Source of the DNA: Eledone cirrhosa
Lineage: Eukaryota
Reading direction: 5' to 3'
Assembly: GCA_964016885.1 (NCBI GenBank)
Contig: OZ024747.1
Coordinates: forward strand, 24,180,001-24,244,000
DNA length: 64,000 nucleotides
Below the pieces are notes generated by a model. That model saw nothing but the letters and a program-made list of their open reading frames with translations, was not told where the DNA came from and did no database searches. Below, piece after piece: positions 36,627 through 48,130 of the stretch (positions are counted from its first letter, which is position 1; the number at the start of each line of letters is the position of its first letter). Made by a program: the position numbers and the translations under genes.

Positions 36627-37281
36627 AATATGGTTTTATAAAGATAGTTTCCATTTATTAATATCATTAATATATATATAATGTATATATATTGGCAAAC
36701 AAAGGATAGAGGGGACTCTTTAGTCATGTTAAGGACGTAACAACCTCTCTAGTGTTAGTGCCACAATAAAATGCACCCAGTACACTCTGTAAAATTGTTG
36801 GTGTTAGGAAGAGCATCCAGCTATGCTAAACCAATGGTTGAGAGGACTATTTAGTCATGCCAACTTACCTAATGTTTCTGCCATGATAAAATACATCCAA
36901 TACACATTGTAAAGTGGTTGGCATTAGAAAGAATATTGAGCAAAACATTGATCCTTTGACTTGTCTAAGAAGATAGTACCTCTGATTAAATACTGAAGTG
37001 GTATTTAATAACCCGTCTGATTCATGGCGGCACGGAAAAACTGACATAAAATTATGAGGATTAGCCAAAATTTCAAAATATCAGAGTTGTTAGAGTGAAG
37101 GTCAAACACCTCGCTGTATTTGTTCTGATTCTGTGCATATGAAATACCAACCAGGAAATCCACATCTAAATTTGAGCACCTATCCAACCCATGCTAGCAT
37201 CAACAAATGGATGAGAACTATTAAATATGTAAAGATATATAATATTCAATCAATGTATTTCTATCTTATGCTTATTTTCAG

Positions 37282-37345
37282 GCCATTCGAGATATTCTGT
37301 TGCTCGGCCATCGACAGGCAGTTGCCTGGCTTGATGAATGGTTCG
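37282..37345 (+). CDS. PITPNC1: PITPNC1 coding exon 9 (AIRDILLLGHRQAVAWLDEWF-G)
   Basis: ttttcag acceptor, gtaaga donor, 64 nt. Has the GHRQA.AW.DEW motif. Confidence 0.96.
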
Positions 37346-37494
37346 GTAAGATAACATTTTTCTCTTTATCGTCTCCTATTCTCTCTTGATTTCCCCTTCC
37401 CATTACTTGACATAAATGCCACTTGATGTTGTTGATTTTCATCCTTGTGTTGTACACTCTTGTGGGTAATAAAAAAAAAAATCATTATTATATG

Positions 37495-38412
37495 ATTTGT
37501 TATGTTATTTTGTCCTTCCCGCAAATGTCGAGAGGGACCGCTTATCAACTGGAATGTTGTCGAGCACTCCCAGCTCTCTACCTCTTGAGCTCTGCAATTG
37601 GTGAAAAATCCACTTTGGTATTCAATGGCGGGGAAAAAAAAACAATGATGCTCTTGTGAAGAATCTGGGTGTTGAAGATGATCAATTAGTTTCTCTCTTC
37701 TGGAGAACTTTTAGCCCTCGGTCAATGGATAACATTTAGAAATCTGTAGCCTGGCAGTACTACTGGGGGGCATTGCCAGTTCAAGATAAGCTCTACAGGC
37801 ATAGAAGTACCTTCAGCTGAACCTATCCGAGATGCACACATGACAATGAACCATCCCGCATGCACTTGTCCAGTGTCTGAATATTGCTGACTTGTGGAGC
37901 TATGTTGAACAACTACTCTCCTGTGTAGGATGGATCCAGCTATCAGCTAAGTCCTCCCTGAAGATAGCCCCATAATCTTCCTTTAGCTTGGAATGGCAGG
38001 CAGTTTCATCTGCCTGCTGGCTATGGTGAAAGAGGTCTAATAGTGGATGCATTTGAAAGAGTTGAGGACAGGCACTTTCCTCTTTGGCAAAGCCCTGACT
38101 AACTTTTTCAAGTTTCACTTGAAGAGGAAAATAAGTTTGTTGAAAGATGGATCGTGCAAGTGAATGGGCCTGCTTTGAGTATGTGCCTATAGATTGAAGA
38201 AAGCCATCTAGACTGCAAGGGCAACTTGTCTGTCTTTTTTGGGCTTACTTATGAGTGACTCTTTGTCTATCCCTATTGGGGAATTTTTCTTTGAATTTTT
38301 TTTTTACACAGAAACCCCACATTGTATTATCCTGTGTTGTGTTTAATGTTTTTTCATGCAAACACTTTTTGGTTAATAAAAACAATTATTATTATTTCAT
38401 TATTATTATTAT
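37495..38412 (+). mobile_element. Decayed L1/Tx1-type LINE 3' end filling most of PITPNC1 intron 9
   Basis: Colinear similarity to 26478-27235 (e.g. gctatgttgaaca, agctatcagct, gtggatgca.ttgaaag). Ends in aataaa and (ATT)n. Confidence 0.65.
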
Positions 38413-38415
38413 CAG

Positions 38416-38510
38416 GCATGAGTTTAGAAGATCTGCGAGAATATGAAACTAAAATGCAAGAAGAAACAAACAAGAAACTCGGAGTTAAAGAAGTTGATAG
38501 TCCACAGTAA
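38416..38510 (+). CDS. PITPNC1: PITPNC1 terminal coding exon (G-MSLEDLREYETKMQEETNKKLGVKEVDSPQ*)
   Basis: atcag acceptor, phase 1. Matches MTMDEVREFERATQEATNKKIG, with TAA at 38508-38510. Exons 2-10 total 732 nt in frame. Confidence 0.92.
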
Positions 38511-39467
38511 ATGAAGTCAAATTACAACTCTGCAGGAAATGGAGAGAGGGAGTGAAAGGGAGGGGGGGGGGGGAGTAAGAAAAAAAAAATGGAAAAAACT
38601 AAAAAGGACAAGTGAAAATCATTGATAAATGTCTATATATATATTTATGTATCACCATCTTTAACCTATTTTCTCTTTACTCTGGAGTTGTTTTATGTCC
38701 CCTGTAGGCAGCTGGTATATAGTGTTTGTTCTTGTCTTAGAATTTTGGGGAGATTGACATTATCTTTGGAGAAAATGTGCAGATAAATTATTGTAATGTC
38801 TGGATTTAGAATATATCTTGGTGTGATAATGTTTCGAGGGTGAAGACACAATATCTGGAGATAAATTATGTCTGGATTAAAAATATTTTGGTGTGATAAA
38901 TCTTTTAAGGCGGCGACACACAAGATCTGGAGATAAATTGTTGTAATGTTTGGATTTTGGTGTTATAAATGTATTTCGAATGAAGACTCACTGAAATCAA
39001 TGACAAGAAAATATTAACAAAACAAAATGTAAGAATTTGACCGAAAACTATTCATTGATCAGTGAGTGTGTCATTAGATAAAGTGTGTAGATGGATAGGA
39101 GTGAATATAGGTGGCTGGTTCTAACTGGCTTTGTTATTTACCAAATGAATAGTGTAGCTTGTGAGTGAATCAGAATCAGATGATTGAATATATTTGCCTA
39201 CATTTTAAAACTCCATGTTAGTAAAACTAAAGGTGGTTAAGACAAGACCTTGTGAACTTTTGCTCAAATTCAATATTGAACCATTATGTTCCCATTGCTT
39301 GCCAAATGTTACTGTTTGCTCCCAACAACAATGGCCGACAGTAACAACAACAGCAGTAGTAGCAACACCAGGATGGTTGCTTCATCACAAATTGTACTCA
39401 TCTCATTCAACTGATTAATGATCAAACACTGTCAAAATATTGTTCATCAAAAGCATTGTTATGATAC

Positions 39468-39473
39468 AATAAA
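39468..39473 (+). promoter_or_regulatory. Candidate polyadenylation signal for PITPNC1 (about 1-kb 3' UTR)
   Basis: AATAAA followed by U-rich sequence at the end of a low-repeat stretch after the stop codon. Not otherwise verifiable. Confidence 0.3.
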
Positions 39474-39799
39474 AAAAAAAATGTTTTTTAAGCAATTTTA
39501 TCTCAGGAGCAGAAGATGTTGAGATTTTATTGCTGAAAACATTTTTCTAATCAATCTGTCTTAATATTTTCATTGGTAGAAGATATTGTTAAATGTATCA
39601 TCATTGTATATCTGCCACTTTTCCATGTTTGCACTCATCTATATATATAACACCCATCTATATCAGTAACATTCATCTGTGTGTGTGTGTATATATATTC
39701 TTTTACCAGTTCCTGCCATCCGGCTGAGGCCATGCTGGGGCAACGCCCTCGTTGCTACACATTCTATCTCCAGCCTGTGCTGGCTGGCCATTGGTGTTA

Positions 39800-40308
39800 G
39801 AAGGAGTTTGTTATTGCAGATCTCTCAAATTTCTTGGCAGCTTTTTGAAGTGTTGAGGGACTTTTTGTCCAAAAAGTCCTCACGATCCAGCCGAGTCATC
39901 TGCACATTGTCACCACCCTCATGATGTGTGAAGAAGATGCATTATCGCTCATGTCTATACCCAGGTCTTGTACCAATTTCAACACAGAGATTTCAATCCC
40001 TCCTGGTCTGGTGTAGCTGTATTGTAGGGCTTGTTGTTGTCCTTAGCCCATTTGTATATGGCATCCAGATCTTGTAAAAGGGCAGCATTAGCTGGGTTTT
40101 TGATTACCTGTGTCATCAGCATAGCTAGTGAGGGATGTTGTATGTACTACAGAAGGCATGTCTGAGAGAGCCACCAAAAACAGTAGTGATCCCAAAGCAC
40201 CCCACTTGTTATTGATGTTTCCTTGCAGAGGGCCCCATTGGCTGCCTTATAAGAAATCATGCAGCCACTCACCTACTTTTCCAGTTATGCTGAGTCTGTG
40301 TAGTTTGT
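39800..40308 (-). mobile_element. Decayed LINE RT fragment (CR1-like)
   Basis: Minus-strand remnants HKLHRLSITGKVGEWLHDFL and GSLLFLVALSDMP...SYADDTQ. Confidence 0.7.
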
Positions 40309-41119
40309 GATATATATATATACATGACATGTGAATGATTGAAGTCATGAACACAGCAGTAAGAGTAAATATATCTTTAATAATATTGTTCTGTATGATC
40401 ACTTCAATGATATGACTAGCAAAATGAATACTTTTTTTACATGACAATGATTATGATGAATTCTATTTTTGGAATGACTCACAACACAGAGAAAATTGTC
40501 TCAGATAATAGTTAGACAAACTTTCTTACAGAAATACAAAGAAATATGGAACCATTTCACATGCAATCTTCATTCTGGTGATGTTTTCTCTCCATAATAA
40601 GAGAAAATATTTTTCTCTGTTTCATGTAATTTCACTTCATGGAGAAGTTGAGCATTGTTGCACTGTTTCAGTTCTTCAAAAAGTTGGTTCCAGATAAAAA
40701 CAACTATATTTTCTCCAGTACTAGAAAGAAAAGGAGATATAGGAGAAAAAAGTTATTCCAGTGAGAATATATTAAGAATTCCTGCCACAAAACTTGTTTA
40801 CAAATGTTAACTAATTGCTTGAATTAACCATATTTCTAATAAGTCACTGCCTATAATTGTCAAATAATCAAGAATTTGGAGGGATATAGTACTATAAATT
40901 AATTTCCTCATTATTAAGTTCGTGTTTGGTACAAAATAAAGGTTCTTAATATAAAATGATGATGGATGTTTTTTTAAAGAAATATAAATGACTTTAAATC
41001 TTTTGTTACCATTTTCCTAATGAAAGGCACAGCCTATGTTTTTGAAAATAACCAAGAATATGGAAGGATTAATAACATAATTAACTTTCTCATTATTAAG
41101 TGGGTGTTTAGAGCATAAC

Positions 41120-41337
41120 TTCACCCTTTAGCATTTAAATTACTCTATATATACTATTGTATTTTCACAGTAAAGGCTTTATCTCATTATCTCACATAAC
41201 ATTGAATCGATGAGATTTTGATATTTATTTTGAGAACAATGCCTTATCAGTACGAGCGGCCAGTTACAACCAGTTTGAACAGAAAGAAGTGAGAGAATTC
41301 TGGCCAGATACAGCCTGTTTAAATGCTAAAGTGTTAA
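41120..41337. mobile_element. TTAA MITE family A inside a family B element
   Basis: ccctttagcattta...taaatgctaaagtgttaa, with family B sequence on both sides (~40995-41455). Confidence 0.78.
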
Positions 41338-42491
41338 AGTTCTTTACAAAACTTCCATCATAATTTAATGTAGAGAAATATAATCACTTAAAAACCAACA
41401 ACATAATACTGTAAAACCAGGGGCAGTTGCAAGTAGTTGGGTATCAAAACAGTCATATTCCTGACAAACATTCAAAACTATAAGTAAATATCCAGATTAT
41501 TGTTAAAGACTCTCACACAGTTAGGTATGTGATGTGTGTGTTCTAGTTGTTCAGTCAATGGCACAGCCAGCTCATGAAATTATGTATGTAACAATATTCC
41601 ACAAACATATGTACCCTTAATGTAATTCTCTGGGAGATTCAACATTATAACTAGGTTAGTCCTTTGAATAACACCTACAGTTTCCATTAACCTAATTTTC
41701 TCACAAGGCATGAGTCAACTCGAGGCTGTAGTATAAGACACCATTCACTGGGATCAAACATGGAACCTCATGATTAGAAGGTAAACTTAATACAGCTATG
41801 CCTGTGTCCAGACAGGCTCTCTATAAATGTGATTTATGACGAAACCACTATTAACCTACTACCGTTCCTCATCATTGACAGATACTGCTGATTTAAAGTG
41901 TTATTAAGCCAAACCTCTGTCAAGGAATTAACTGTCTTAAGCATGACAAACCGGAGTAGTCTCCCTTAGACACGGAGTCGCATCTTTTTTTCTTCAAGAA
42001 TTCTGTCTCAAGCATGACATTAGAGTAGTCTCCCTTGGAAGTTTATAGAACTGGCTACATTAACTACAGAAACAGTGGGGGTACTATTGCGTTCAATGAT
42101 ATTTACCAAATATTTAATAATATAGATGAAGAAATATAAAATGGCTAAAATCATGAGAAATGTAATTCACTGACACTAAAACAGGTTAAGTGACACAATA
42201 TTAACGAAATGTTGCACACAATACACATGCATTAATGGCTGTGTTATTAAGGACTTCACTTCACAACTGCATGGTTTCAGGTTCACTGTTACTGCATGAT
42301 ACCCTAGGCAAATGTCTTCTACTCTAGTTTCGTGTTGACCAATGCCTTGTGAGTGAAATTTGGGAGATGGAAAGTTCATGTGTGTGTGTGTTTTGTTTGT
42401 GCCACATAACTTAGAGGTTTGATTTTTTTAAAATCACTAAAATAAGAATTAGACTTGAACAACAAGAAAAATAATAATATTGGGATTGATA

Positions 42492-42760
42492 TCTTCTTCG
42501 CCCACTTATTCCTGAGAGGGTCATAGGGGCAGAGTCCTCAAATTCTTCTTCCAGTAGGTCCTGTCAGAAGCAACCATCTCTAACTGATCCAGCTGGATCT
42601 CCAAGCAAGACCATGGATGTTATCCAACCATCTTGCTCGGGGTCTACACCTGGGTCTCCTGCTGGTTGGTTTTGCCTGTAAAATCTGTCTAGCGATTCTG
42701 TCTTTGGAATCGATATAGCTGACGAAAACGTTCGGGGCAGCACTCCATCATGGCTACAAT
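42492..42760 (-). mobile_element. RTE-type LINE 3' fragment
   Basis: Shares sequence with ~905-1010 (-) and 57870-58060 (+). Confidence 0.6.
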
Positions 42761-43147
42761 CCAATGACTAATGAAAGATTACATTAAAAAGTTTTAGAAA
42801 AGTTTTTAATTACCTGGGATTGTATTTAAAGTAAGGAACATCTTTGTCAATGTTTTTATGGTCCAAAACGTCCATGACACATTTCTGAAAATGAGGAACA
42901 TTTTAGATGATGTGGTATTTACCAAACAATTTAAAGTGAAGTGCAGAAAATATTGTGAGATGAAGTCTTTAAGTATGTATGTGTGTGTATGTATGTGTGT
43001 ATATATATAAATATATATATATGAATGTATGTATAGTATATTTGGCAATATACAATATGTTTAATTTAAAACATTTTGAAGACCTTGCGCTATCATTTTT
43101 AAAGTAGTGACTAGGTCACTTCTTTTTTCGGCAAAAGAAGTGAGAGA

Positions 43148-43190
43148 AGCTGACAGATTCTGTTTCATGCTGTTGGCGATCCTCAGAGCA
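43148..43190 (-). ncRNA. Type I hammerhead ribozyme motif
   Basis: Minus strand reads GCT-CTGAGGA-tcgccaacagcat-GAA-ACAGaatCTGT-C-AGC. Core intact, 4-bp stem III, GUC triplet, 3-bp stem I, weak stem II. Confidence 0.6.
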
Positions 43191-43278
43191 TTACCGAAAA
43201 TTATAGAGGCTGGATTTCTTATAGAATTCCAGTAATAATCAGTAACTGATTATACAAAGCGATTGCCGGTCTACCAAT

Positions 43279-43317
<39 letters not shown>

Positions 43318-43325
<8 letters not shown>

Positions 43326-46300
43326 CGTATTTAAGAAAGCCACAACAATGCAAAGGGAAATCTCGAGGTAGGAAGTGAAATATAGATAGGAAAAACAGGT
43401 GAAAGTGAAAGTTGAGAGAGACAAAGATGAAAACAAAACAAAGGTAGAAGGGTTACCGTAGTAGAGATTTTAATCCCAATATTTCGGGCTCACGCCCATC
43501 AACGGGGGAAAAGTTCCAAAAGGGGGGAAAACAGGCCAAGCGGAGAAAGTGGTGATGTCGTTAAGACAGGAATGCCGTTATGGGGAGAAAAATATTTAAA
43601 ATTTAAACGAGGGAAAGAATGCGCGTGCGCGTGATAAGCTGTGGCAAAAGCTACTGACCAAATGGGTTAAACCAAGAGGGTGCGTTAGCGTGTGAAAGCC
43701 GTAAGATATGTGTATGTAAATATATATGTGTGTGTGACTGTGTGTGTATAAGTGTAAGTGTGTATATGTGTGAGTGTGTGTGTGTGTGAAAGATAGTGGG
43801 CTGTAGAAGTTGGAAATCAAAGGGTGTGAAAGGTGGTAGGTTGTAAAATATGTGTGCGTGTATAAATATAGATGTGTGTGTGTGTAAGCGTATGGGTATA
43901 CATGTGTGTGTGTAACTGTGTGTGTATATGTGTGAGTGCGTTTGTGTGTGAAAGATAGTGGGCTGTAGAAGCTGGAAATCAAAGGGTGTGAAAGGTGGTA
44001 GGTTGTAAAAACATGTGTGCGTGTAAAATATAGAAGTGTGTGTGCATGCGTATGGGTATGCATATACGTGCGTGTGTGTGAAGATAGCAGGCCGTAGGCT
44101 GTGAATGGTCATTATGGTTAAGTTAGCCATGTCAGCTCATTTCTCTCAGCCCGGTTGTTAAGTGGGGGTCTGAGGTTCTTAATAACAAGTGCTTCCTTTA
44201 TCCTTAAGGATCCGATGCTGCGTTCAGTTGCTAGGACTGTGACCAAGGGTCTACCCTGTGGGTTTCCGCATTTGAGGATATGTTTACGGAAGGAAGATGC
44301 GTTGGTGTTGATATGTTCCTTGATACGAACATGTAGGGGTCGGATGGTGCTACCTATGTAAAACTTGTTACATTTATCGCATTGAATCTTATATACGACA
44401 TAGGTGCGTAGGCAATCTGCCCCCCGTATCGGGCAGTTGCTGAGGGAACACGTCCCATCTGCCTCGTAGGGTTTGTTGGAGAGCCATCTTCGCAGCGAAG
44501 GTCCTGTGTGGGCCAAATGTATGTCAAGTCTCTCCGTCCGTATGGCCCTGCGGATGGCGTTCGTGGTATATTCACTCAGGTGGGGGATTTTAAAGAAGCA
44601 CCTGCTAATATTAAGTTTTCTAGTGGGTGTCAGTCTACTGGGTCTGGGGTCTCTAATTCCGTTAATCAGTCGCTTGGGATAACCATTAGATCTGAGTAGA
44701 TTACGGAATTGCGTGGTAAGGGTGAGACCACCCATCGGGTCGCTGCATCTGTTAGTGATCCGTGTCAGTTCATTTAGGACATAGCCTCTCTTAGCGTTGT
44801 TGGGGAGGGCTGAGTTATAATGCACAAATAAGTCCTTGCACGCTGCTTTGCGGTAGAAAGTGGTGTTTATGTCTCCTTCTTCCGAGATGTTGATACGGAA
44901 GTCGAGGAGGGCGAGTGACCCGTCTTCTCCCGGGTGTTCGATGGTGAAATCGATGTGTTGGTCAGTATCGTTGAAGATTTGGTGAATTTCATTCGCCATC
45001 TCCCGGGAAGAAGTAAGTATCAGGATATCATCAACGTATCTGGAGTAGAAGGCGACGGCGTTGGGTTGGCAGGTATTGAGTGCCTTGTGTTCCAGGTGGT
45101 CCATGTACGAGATCGCAAGTATGCCGGACAGACTAGAGCCCATAGGTAGCCCAGAGATTTGTTTGTACGTGTGGCCGAGGAAATTGAAGAGTGCATTATC
45201 CACAACGAAGGAGAGGAGTTGGTGGATGTCCGTGTGTGTGAGTCCGAAGCAGTGTAAGTTAGATGCTCGGACTCGTTCGGTCAACAGGTCGACAGCTGGG
45301 GATGCTGGTACGGAGGTATAAAGGGCGACCACATCAAGACTGAAGGCATAACCGTTGTCCTTTCTGGTGTTGGGCGCCAGATGGTGTAGTCGCTCCAAGA
45401 CTTCCTTTGAGCTGCAGACGTGGGCTGGTAGTGTGTGTAGAATAGGTTTCAGTAGTGTGGAGAGCAGCCACGATATTTTATAGAGTGGGCCCTCCACGCT
45501 AGAGACAATGGGCCTGATTTTCAAATCGGGTCCTTGTTTATGTGTTTTGACCAGGTGGTAGAAGGTGGGTAATTTGCTGTTTCGAGTCATTATGTTGTTT
45601 TTTACCTTCTTTGGCAGTTTTCGTTGGACACAGATGTTAGTCCATATGGTGTTAATGCCTTCCTCGATTAGAGTCGAGGAGGTCCCTGTGACTTTCGAGT
45701 AGAGGCTGTGGTCATTAAGATGTTGGAGAGCTAAGTTGTTGTAGGTCTCTCTCGAGATGACACAGAATTCTTTCCCCTTGTCAGAGGGAAGGTACACAAG
45801 GTTCCTGGATCTTAGGTTGGTGAGAGTATTAAATTGTGCATTGGTGAGGTTGCGTTTATTGTGTGTGTGTGTGTGTGTTGGGAAAGGATGTTAGAGATAG
45901 AATGTTTCAACCTGAGTAGTTTAGTGTCAAGTTCGTGGTTGGTGGGTGGGGGGTGGAGTGGGTTGTCGAGGTGATACGTGGGGAGTGTGGGGTGGGTTGT
46001 GGGGTTGTAATCGATCTCGGTGTTGTTTTGGATGGCGGTTAGCCATTTCAGTTGATAAGCTGTCCGACAGAAGTTGGTTTCGATGTCGAGTTTCAGTCTA
46101 TCATCGAGACGCTGTGTAATGATGAACTTGGGTCCGAGGCGCAGAAGTTCGAGTTCGTCGTTGGTGAGGGTACCGGTTAAGTCGGTAACGAGGTGTGAAG
46201 CATCGTTGGTAGGTAGATCGATGTTGGGGGGGTGTAGCGGAGGGTGTTGTACAGCTGTTGCCCCTGGTGTGGTTGTAGTCGGTCCGTCTGTGGGAGCGGA

Positions 46301-47337
46301 TGTTGTCAATGTAGTATTTGTTTACAGTCCATTCGTATTTCCGTACAAGGCGCTGTTTATCAAATTTGACTCTGGTGTGGTAACACTGATCTATAGCTTT
46401 GCGTATATCCTGGACTTGGTGGTCAGGGGTGAGGATTGGAGCTATACGATCTAAGTGCTCAGAAAGCGTTTGTATATGGAGTCGCAGTTGGTGGTGGTTG
46501 TGTCGTAGTAATGAGAGAAATGAGCTGACATGGCTAACTTAACCATAATGACCATTCACAGCCTACGGCCTGCTATCTTCACACACACGCACGTATATGC
46601 ATACCCATACGCATGCACACACACTTCTATATTTTACACGCACACATGTTTTTACAACCTACCACCTTTCACACCCTTTGATTTCCAGCTTCTACAGCCC
46701 ACTATCTTTCACACACAAACGCACTCACACATATACACACACAGTTACACACACACATGTATACCCATACGCTTACACACACACACATCTATATTTATAC
46801 ACGCACACATATTTTACAACCTACCACCTTTCACACCCTTTGATTTCCAACTTCTACAGCCCACTATCTTTCACACACACACACACACTCACACATATAC
46901 ACTTATACACACACAGTCACACACACATATATATTTACATACACATATCTTACGGCTTTCACACGCTAACGCACCCTCTTGATTTAACCCATTTGGTCAG
47001 TAGCTTTTGCCACAGCTTATCACGCGCATGCGCATTCTTTCCCTCGTTTAAATTTTAAATATTTTTCTCCCCATAACGGCATTCCTGTCTTAACGACATC
47101 ACCACTTTCTCCGCTTGGCCTGTTTTCCCCCCTTTTGGAACTTTTCCCCCGTTGATGGGCGTGAGCCCGAAATATTGGGATTAAAATCTCTACTACGGTA
47201 ACCCTTCTACCTTTGTTTTGTTTTCATCTTTGTCTCTCTCAACTTTCACTTTCACCTGTTTTTTCCTATCTATATTTCACTTCCTACCTCGAGATTTCCC
47301 TTTGCATTGTTGTGGCTTTCTTAAATACGTATTTTTA
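43318..47337 (-). mobile_element. Penelope-like retroelement (RT + GIY-YIG), 5'-truncated, with an inverted copy of its 3' end; inserted in (TA)n
   Basis: Arms 43318-44148 and 46512-47337 are near-identical reverse complements. The ORF lies between them and (TA)n tracts sit on both outer sides. Confidence 0.93.
44118..46510 (-). pseudogene. PLE RT/GIY-YIG ORF, interrupted (frameshift at (CA)n ~45861-45880, in-frame stop ~46322)
   Basis: Motifs LLRLGPKF, PSDKG, LVKTHK, RPIVS, SLDVVALYT, GLPMGS, RYVDD, LDFRI and FYRK. A Cys linker CSLSNCPIRGADC precedes the GIY-YIG VVYKIQC..C..FYIGST.R.L..R..EH. Confidence 0.93.
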
Positions 47338-47374
47338 CACATTTCACAATGCTTCAAGCAAACTTTAACACCCT

Positions 47375-47409
<35 letters not shown>

Positions 47410-47411
<2 letters not shown>

Positions 47412-48130
47412 AGATAAATAAAGTTTTGTTTGTGTGGGTCAAATAAGAACAGGCAGTGCAATTGTTACTCACCAGAAATAAAACAAGTATGCACCGATAC
47501 AGACATATAAATTATGAGAACCATTACAAAGTCCTACCTATGGTTTAATCCTTCACATAATGATTTAGCCACTACCAAAATATTTTCTCTCTATTTTAGA
47601 TTAATAGATGAAAACTTTCCTCCCTCACATAGGTATCATAGAATCTTAAATAGAAAAACAATCCAAATGTCCTACACTACCATGACAAACCTTAGCTTCA
47701 TTATGGGATTAAATAATAAATGCCTATGGAAGTATAATAAAAACGACTAACATGATTCCGGCCATGTATCAAACTCAACTATTAGGACTAACTAAACATC
47801 TCCCCAACCTTCCACACTGGGCAGGGATATGCCCAACCATTTTGATGGATCAAACAACATACGTCTGAATCTAACCTAACATTCTCATATTTAGAATACC
47901 ACCCCAAATGCAGGAACAAATGATGACCCCATACATTTTGCATGGATACACAGCAACTGCAGGCAGCCTAATAAATGTCCTTTAAAGAGAAAATGTATGC
48001 ATAAAATCATCATTTACCAATATGTGGTCAAAATTGATTGGGGATATATAAATATGTGGGTGCCACATCCAACATTTTTAAAAAAAGATGGTACACCAAA
48101 TTTCAAAATTGCCTTGAGTTTTTAAGTAGT
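47410..48130 (+). mobile_element. Decayed PLE of a different lineage (C-terminal RT region and GIY-YIG)
   Basis: WFNPS...LIDENFPPSHRYHRILNRKTIQMSY at 47514-47750, then NCRQPNKCPLKRKC...IIYQ, a frameshift, and YVGATSNIFKKRWY at ~47955-48095. Confidence 0.75.

Noticed and set aside
43318-47337. DNA transposon, DIRS or Polinton interpretation of the long terminal inverted repeats
   Set aside because: The enclosed ORF is a PLE-type RT with GIY-YIG, there is no transposase or tyrosine recombinase, and the repeat includes the ORF's own 3' end.
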